Below, piece by piece: positions 56,223-64,000 of a DNA stretch of 64,000 bases. Made by a program: the position numbers and the translations under genes. Positions within the stretch are counted from its first letter, which is position 1. Each line of letters opens with the position of its first letter. Source of the DNA: the human T2T-CHM13v2.0 reference genome, Homo sapiens; assembly GCF_009914755.1 (NCBI RefSeq), contig NC_060926.1; one strand, written 5' to 3'. Below the pieces are notes generated by a model. The model ran no database searches, was not told the origin of the DNA, and was given only the letters and a program-made list of their open reading frames with translations.

Positions 56223-56259
<37 letters not shown>
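55949..56259 (+). mobile_element. AluSc-like SINE
   Basis: ggatcacgag..gaccatcctggcca, cagcctggcgacagag; long poly-A. Confidence 0.93.
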
Positions 56260-56261
<2 letters not shown>

Positions 56262-56559
56262 GAAACACCATGCTTTGATAAGCAATCTAAAAGTTTTGGG
56301 CTGAAAACCAATTCTCAAAAGGAAAAACTAATGTAATTTATAGTTTAAAATCAAAAGATGGAATTATTAAATTGCTGAAATCACCCATGTTTGGAATACG
56401 ATTTTGTCTTCCAATATCCGCTGCCTCTCTATTATAGCAACTTAGTAGGAAATAATCTGCCCATATGTGTGGCATTGCTGTGGGAGAAAAATTCTAAGTG
56501 AATGCTACCTACTATGGAAACTACGAGGGCTGTATTTTCTCTCCCCACCCATTATTTTT

Positions 56560-56915
56560 ATAACATAATCCTGATCAATGAAGCATCATCTAGAGAAACT
56601 TCCAGTCTAGAGCGATTGATGACTGGAAGTTATTATGACAATGCTGATGCTGGTGGTGGCCATGAAATGAGCACCCTGACCCAGCTACCAGAGTTAGAAG
56701 ACAGTCGCTTTTTCTCCTTCTTCCAATTTCATGGCTCCGCTAAGCATCTTCATTTCTGAATATCTCCAAGACTGGTCCCCTAGCCTCTCATAAATTCATT
56801 GAATTCCTTCCTACTTCCACCCCTCAACATCATTCAAATAAACTTTCCGTTGCTTAATACAGCCACAGTGTTGTGTTTTTCCGTTGCTTGCAGCCAGAAA
56901 CCTTAATCAATATAC
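56560..56915 (+). mobile_element. MLT1 (MaLR) LTR remnant
   Basis: 3' end aataaactttccgttgcttaa..gttgcttgcagccagaaacc. Confidence 0.55.
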
Positions 56916-58191
56916 GTCATTACCACGATAGTTGGATAATTGTCTGATTTGTTTTTGTGACTAAGCCATTTGGGCTGCCATTATTGTTTTCTGCTTCGCT
57001 CTGTGTTCCGCATGTGTGTGTCCTTCTAGGTGCTTTGTTCTTCCTTTTTGAAGTTTACTAGAATCGCTGCAATGGCCCTCTCTCCTGAAAGCAGAGTCAC
57101 ATCATTTTGAAAAGCCTGTGGAGACTGTCTCCTGCATAAATGATGATAAAACCGTCACATTATTTGAACATTTAACTGCCTCTATTGAGCAGTTGTCCTC
57201 ATAGTTTTGATTCATTTGGAATCTGACTGACAGAGATCCCATTACTGGGTGTTCTTTCCATAATTTGTCAAAAAACTTATAGCAGTGATGAGGGAGAATG
57301 AAACTAATTTGTAATCTGGAAGACTTAACCTGGTTATGCTGATGAACTAACAAAATCGGTCAAAAAGTTTGAGAGCTTAAAGATTAAAAACCACCATTCT
57401 CTAGTTAAACACTAATTCATTATGTAAACAACATGATTTATAAGGGCAGTCATGTGGAGGGTCTATTTATTTTTCTCACCAAAAGATGCTTTCAAAGAAA
57501 AATTGCAGAAAATGAATTTTTTTTCCCAATCAATGTATATCCTGCCACCCCTGATCATTAAGTGCTGAAACGGTGGGATGAAGATAGAATGATCACACTG
57601 GCCAAGGTCACAGGAGTTTGCAGAAGATTCCAAAAATATTGGCACCCCTAGCAAGAGGTGCTTTCTAAATAATATGCATATTTTTATGGTTGTTAAGTGA
57701 GGAAGAAAGGATTACCAGTAAGCACACAGATGGGAATATAGGTGGGAAGTCAGGAGCTCAGGGTTTTGGAAGTGTTCTTTTTTGTTTGTTTGTTTGTTTG
57801 TTTGTTTTTGAAGAGGAGAGTAGAAATAATCCTTAATGTTGTTCCAGGACAAGAGACATGAGCATTTAGGGGACAAAGTTCATTAATGCTTGCCTGGAAA
57901 GCAGAATGCCTTTTCTCTCCCTCCCTTTTTTTATACTATTTTAAGATAGAAGTTTCCATGGCTCAAATGGATTTCTATCATTGAATTGTCCTCCTTGGTG
58001 TATGAAACTCTAGGTGTATTAGATTTACAAATGGAGAGCAATCCTACCACAGCACTTAAATTCAACAATGACAGTGTAGTTAAATCTCTGATTTCCTTTC
58101 TTTGGACAGCACTATTTACTTTGCAAAGCCATGTGATGTGCATTATCATCTCTTCTCAATTATTTAATTCATTGTCTGTCAAGGGCTAATG

Positions 58192-58718
58192 TTGTAGTCT
58201 ACATTCTTTCCACTGTAAATGACAGAAACTTGTCCAAACTGTAAAAGTCAGAATGGAATTTACTAGCTACTTAATTGAAGAGTCCAAGGGACAGGGATAG
58301 CTTCAGGCATGACTGGATCTAGGAGTTCAAAATGCTATCAAATATATTTGTCTTCCATCACTCAGCTCTGTTTTCCACTCTTCCAGAGGTGGCAGCATAG
58401 CGTCTAGAAGATCAGACTCATATCTTCATAGTTTAATATCTCTCATAAAAAGAGGGTTCCTCTCTCCCAGTAACATCAGAAAAAGTCTCAAGATTTACTT
58501 GACAGGATCCACTTGGGCCACATGTTCATGCCTGAACCAATTACTGTGGCCAAGAAGATAAAATGCATATTCGTCACTGGAGATGGAGAGGGTGGAGTCA
58601 ACACTACCCAAAACAAATGGCAGCAAAATGAGAAAGGACCATCCCCAAGGGAATCTCAGGGTGTTCTTGCCAGAGAATAGGAGGATAGACACAGGACCAG
58701 CAAAACCAATTGCTATCT
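58192..58718 (-). mobile_element. MLT1 (J/K-like) LTR
   Basis: aatgacagaaac, gcttcaggcatgactggatctaggagttcaaa, catgcctgaaccaattactgtggcca. Confidence 0.72.
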
Positions 58719-59589
58719 ACCATACTCTTCCTAGCCAGTGTCATCTGTAAGCAGTGGATCCCATTGAGCTATTTTGCCAGACCTGGTCCTGTTGTGACTG
58801 TAATCCCTTTCTTGAAACGTTTGTCCAATGCTACATCCATATTTTTGCCAGGTGTATTTGCTTGCAATAAACAGAAATTTACTCAAGAGTTCTATTAAAA
58901 TGGGTGGGAGGGGATCTCATGGTATTTATGGAGCTCATGACATGGGTATGGCAAGTGCCATGGCAAGGATACAGAGTGCCTGGAGTAGGCACTGGAAAGT
59001 CAGGAGCTGAGTTGGATCTGTTCCATTTGCCTCTCCCTGCAAACTAGTTCCTGTGTCCGCTCATCTGCGGCACATAAGCATCTTCCCAAATTGGCTGTCC
59101 CAGCCCCCAGGGTTTAAGTGTAGGCAGCCTAGAGTTCTCATCCCTAGAAACAACCACCTCAGTCTCTCAGTATCCAAATTCTAAATTTTGTAGAAGAAGC
59201 GTTGCTTTGTTCAAGCTTGGGGCACATGGTGACCTTTGATGTAACCAAGTTCACCTGAGATACTATGTTCTTGTACTCCAGAGCCCCACCTTCTTGGGTG
59301 AGTACAGCAAGTTTCAAGAGAGGCTATAAGTGAGAAGAACAGTTTTGGCTTTGCTGGTAACTGGGGAAAGCAAACATCTGCCCTCTAGCTAGTGAAATTC
59401 CAGATGTCTAGGCTCTTTACTCACCAAGACACCAATGGCAGTTTTTCCCTTGTGAAGGACTGGATGCACTTGCCTGGACCACCAGTAAGTGGCAGTAATG
59501 TACCTCCCCCACTTCCAACATTATAACCGCTAAAAATAATCAGCAGTGTACTTCACCCAGCTCCGTGGCAATAAAAAATACCCTGTAGC

Positions 59590-60500
59590 TGAAATTCTCT
59601 CCTATCCATCCCAATTCAAAATCCTCTTCCAGGTCTTATCTCCACTTATAACTAAGTAGTCCCCATATGCTAGCCTTTTCACCTCTAAAGTTCTTAAAAG
59701 AGGAGTCTATTTGCTGTCTCTACTTCTTCACCTTCTCTTCAAGTCTTAATTACAACTATCTGCTTTTCAGTTTCACTCTTCTACTGAAACCATTTTTCTT
59801 AAGGTCACTCATATCCTGAAATTGCCAAAATCCAGCGAACATTTTTCATCTTGATCTCTCATAACCATTCTGCTGCATTTGAAATACTTTTCCTTAATGT
59901 CTAAATTCCATTTCCATTCTCAAGACCCTCAAGTAACTGCATCTCTGTCTTCTCCAGTCAAGCAAGGAACTTGGCAGTCACTTTTACCTGGTGGATCAGC
60001 TCACCTCCTACACCCACTTGCCAAACCCGACTGAATCACTCCTTCTTGCCATGTCAGGTTTATTGTCTTAGTTCGGGTCCCCATCCTCCCTCCCCCAAGA
60101 GCCTAATGCTCTGTGACCTTTCACAAATAACTCAATATCTCTGGGCCTTAGTTCCCTCTTCTGTAAAATGAAGATGATGATAGTATACACGCTCAAAGGA
60201 TTGCAGGTGCATGTGAGAATTAAATGTTAGAATATATAAAGTACTTTGAGCCCTGCTTGGCTTAGTGTAGTGTACAATAAACCCTCACTATTTTTTTACA
60301 CGTATCTGCAATAGCATTAGTCATATTATGTTGTAGCTGCTTGTGACAGTTATTCTGTCCACCTAAACTGTAGGAGATGGTGCATCATTACATTTTCAGG
60401 CTGGCACACAGTGTCTGGCTTATAACCTGCATGAAATAGTTACTGAATGAATAAAGCAATCTTTGCATTATTTACAATATGGAGCACATGGTAGGTGTTC
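59590..60500 (+). mobile_element. L2 fragments with an internal MIR (about 60060-60295)
   Basis: ctactgaaacc..aaggtcactc..ttgccaaaatcca (L2) and tgtgacctt..ctctgggccttagttccctcttctgtaaaatg (MIR). Confidence 0.65.
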
Positions 60501-60812
60501 ACTAAATAGTCACTGAATGGAATTGGATGGAATTGGGTTAATCTGGAGAGAATGCAGAAGAGGTGCCATAAAATTTGGTAAGGCATAAATAATTTAAATT
60601 TTAAGGTGAAAGTAATTTTCTTTGAGACTCCTCCTGAGGATTGAAATTAAACTGAAGGCATAACTCCACATTCTTAGCAAATTTAGAACTTTTTTTTCTG
60701 TTTTGTTCACTCTCCAGTTTTAGTTTCCATGTCCTGCCAACCCTCTTTGTTTTCATTCTCACAGCATAGCTTAGATCATATTTCACCAAAAACCTGGACT
60801 CATCACCACCTA

Positions 60813-61301
60813 TGTGAGTAAGCTATTGCTACATGACAAACAAACATAAAATCTCAGTGGCATATAACACCGAGCATCTATTTCTCATGTGTCTGTGGTG
60901 CAGGCTTGACTGGGCCACTCTGCTTTAAGCTGCAGGTCTGACTGGACTTGTCTCTTCACTGAGGGTTGCCCTCAGTTCTGTGCCATATGTATGTATTCTG
61001 GAGCCCAGGCTGAAGGGGCAGCAGCTCCCCAGGGAAGCTCTTCTTTGGCAATAGCAGAGAAACAAGAGGATGAGTAGAAATCTGCAATGCGTCTTAAGGC
61101 CTCAGTCTGGAACTGACACATTTCCACTCACATCATTCCAAAGAAGACATTTGGCCGAGCCCAATATCAAAGAAATGGGGGAAAATAAACACTGCACACT
61201 CTATTGGGTGGTACGAGATGGTTCCATGGCAAAGGAGGTGAATGTATACATCTAATTCAGAGAAGACAAGAAGGATTGTGCACAGTGATTACACCTATCA
61301 C
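60813..61301 (-). mobile_element. MLT1 (G/H-like) LTR
   Basis: agctattgct..aaaatctcagtggc, ttctggagcccaggctgaaggggcagcagct, cttaaggcctcagtctggaactgacaca. Confidence 0.75.
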
Positions 61302-61504
61302 ACCCTTATCCTGATTCTGGTCTTCGTAACATCTTTCCTAGGTAATCACATCAGTCGTTTAACTAATCTCCTTGTGCTTCATCTTCCCCACTATATTACC
61401 CCCCCCACCCTCCCTTTTCTTTACAAAGTGCTACCAAGTAAACCTTCTCAAGTAGAGTATGATTATAATGATCACTTTACTAAAAAACCACAATCACTTC
61501 CTAA

Positions 61505-62010
61505 TGTCATGTCATATGCTTTTGGCTGCAGATAATAGAATACCTAGTTAAAAATGACTTCTTTCATATGAAAATAAGTCTAGATAAGGTGTTTTAGTGT
61601 TGGTTTAAAAGCTCAGAAGTGTCATCAGGGTCTCAAGTTTTGTTGCTTATTTTTAATACATTAGCTGCTGTTCTTAGCACTCATTGTCTCATGGTGACAA
61701 GATTGCTGCAATAGCTCCAAGCATCACATCATTGCAAAATGATATTCAAAGATGGATTAAAAGAAAAAGAAAAAAGACTTCTTATATATCCCTTTCCTTT
61801 CTTCAGGGGAAACAAATCTTTTGCTATATAGTCCTGAGTCACTTTCCTAGACATTTCATTGACCAGAGCTATCTAATCACCCAAAGTTGCAGAGCAGGTA
61901 AAAATCAATAGAGATGATTTTCACTTTCTGTCATATGAGTGGCTTCTAAAAACAAGAAAGAAGGTGGGAGAGGAATTACTTATATGTAGAAAATCAGTGG
62001 TATCTGCACA
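61505..62010 (-). mobile_element. MLT1 (J/L-like) LTR
   Basis: atgcttttggctgcagataatagaa, ctcatggtgacaagattgctgc..gctccaagcatcacatc. Confidence 0.65.
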
Positions 62011-63143
62011 CTCTCAAATAATTTAACTTACCTGGCAAGATTTAAGATGCTTTATAACATAACCTCCATCTCTTTTATAACTTAATACATCAAGATTTCT
62101 CTAAGAGTGAATGTATTCCTCGGCATACCCCAGTCTTCCTATCATTCTTCCCATCATTCATGCATTTGTTTCCTTCCTTTCATTCCCCAAAATGCTCTTT
62201 GTTCCCTCTTTTACTTGTCTTTCCTTATCTTTGAGGATTCAGTTATTCAGAGAAGGGAAGCACTCAAGGCTGATCTGTTGCCCCACCACATGCTCCCACA
62301 TTGCCTCTGCGTTTCCCCAGTTATAGCAGTTTTCTCATGATAAAATGTTCTTACCTGTTTACTTATATACTGCCTCTACTGGGCAAAGATTTAGAAAATA
62401 GGGAATGAGTCTTGGTTGTTATATTACCAGAGCCTTTCCTAGCTCTAAATACAGTATAGCCACTCAAGATGTTCTTTTGCAAATAACTAAATGAATAAAA
62501 GAGTAAATTCCCTGGAATGCTGTTGTCTGTATCTTCTCATATCCACCTGTCTAAAACAAAACAATTTCTCCAAACACAAACTCTCTCTCTCCCACCCTCT
62601 GTTGTACAAACATACACACACTGCACACCACGTCTACACTAAATGACACAAAAAGACCTCATACTAAAGGACATTTTTCTTAGCATTCAGTACCTTTTAT
62701 GACACCTGCTATATTCTTTTTTTTGTATATTCTTTGAATACTTTTATTAGCCCCCTATAATATTACAAACTTCTCGATATTGTTTTTACAACTCAATATG
62801 CCTACCTCATTGCTGTGAAGATAGAAGATAATATTTGTGAAATTGATTTGAGTAATAAAATCCATTAATGGGTTTTTTACTTTATAGCAATTCTTCTTCC
62901 TGACTGTAATCTCCAGACAATGTAAATCATTTGATCTGATCTACTGGGTTATTTTTTCCTAGATAATATTTTATGTCATTCTTTCTTGGAGTGGTTACAC
63001 AGTGTTTTGAACAAGTCATTGTTACTTGACCAAAGTATTCAAAGCAAATGCCCATTACTATTTCCCACTTCTCTATACTATGTCCATGTGTTTTGAGCTT
63101 CTTTCTGTTACTTGGATAAAAATGCACATTTCCATATTGGAGT

Positions 63144-63458
63144 TTTGTTTTTGTTTGTTGTTGTTGGTGGTGTTGTTTTGAGATGGAGTCTCACTCTGTT
63201 GCCAGGCCTGGAGGGCAGTGGCGCGATCTCAGCTCACTGCAACCTCTCCCTCCGGGTTGAAGCAATTCTCCTGCCTCAGCCTCCTGAGTAGCTGGGACTA
63301 CAGGCACGCGCCACCATGCCCAGCTAATTTTTGTATTTTTAATAGAAACGGGGTTTCACCATGTTGGCCAAGATGGTCTAAATCTCTTGACCTCATGATC
63401 CGCCCACCTCAGCCTCCCAAAGTGCTGGGATTACAGGTGTGAGTCACCATGCCCGGCC
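63144..63458 (-). mobile_element. AluSc-like SINE
   Basis: Antisense Alu with gatggtctaaatctcttgacctcatgatcc; short TSD tggagt. Confidence 0.93.
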
Positions 63459-63724
63459 TGGAGTATATTATTAATAGTGTTTTAGCTTTAATTGTTCCCT
63501 CCATGTTGGGTTGTCACCAATTCAAACCATTATGTTTTCCTAAGAAATAAATGAAAATTATGATTCATTGAATTCTCTCTACACTCGATTTTGAGTATCC
63601 CCTTATAACAATATATATCACTGAACATTATTTTATGCTGCATTATTATTCTATCTAATTTTACATATACTTTAAAAAATGTATTGACTACCTCCACTGA
63701 TGGTTAAGATGATGTCTTGCAGTC

Positions 63725-64000
63725 CCTCATTCTACAAATGTTTATTGAACTTCTAGTATGTGCCAACACTGTCTAGGTACTCAGGATCCAATAATAAATG
63801 GTTGAGATATGACGCCTACTCTCCTGGGTTTTGCATTCTAAGCAAGGGAAACAGCTAAGCAGAAAACATTTCAGTCTCATATGTCAAGTGGAGATATGTG
63901 CTCTAAGAAATGTAAGGCTGGGAAAGTGGCATAGAGAATGGCATGGAGTGGAGCCATTTTTTTAAAGGCTGGTAGGAAAGGCTGCAATAAGAAGATACCA
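63725..64000 (-). mobile_element. L2 3' end
   Basis: cattctacaaatgtttattgaacttctagtatgtgcca..ttgcattcta. Confidence 0.7.

Noticed and set aside
59378-59392. CTCF-like tgccctctagcta
   Set aside because: Lacks the terminal GG of the core motif; a partial match is expected by chance.

Overview
Primate (almost certainly human) AT-rich intronic DNA. The only coding sequence I can support is one 123-nt internal exon on the + strand (33581-33703, AG/GT bounded, phase 1-1). It translates as FRLHHSASDTSDKNRVKSRLKKFITRRPSLKTLQEKGLIK, which I recognise as ARHGAP15, covering the RPEL-like G-actin-binding segment just before the RhoGAP domain. The rest is two long introns containing Alu, MIR, L2, old L1, LTR (MER41, MLT1, MLT2) and hAT DNA-transposon fossils; repeat family names are recalled from consensus sequences, not from a search. 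The supplied ORFs are Alu-, microsatellite- or chance-derived. I see no clearly new biological system. The best leads are: a candidate in-frame 27-nt microexon (12284-12310); the RPEL exon bracketed by oppositely oriented Alus (in-frame skipping, or a stop-free 123-nt circle); a MER41 LTR retaining two GAS/STAT sites; two non-transposon inverted duplications of 82-90 bp that look like template-switch scars; candidate recursive splice sites; and a tightly spaced inverted AluS pair.
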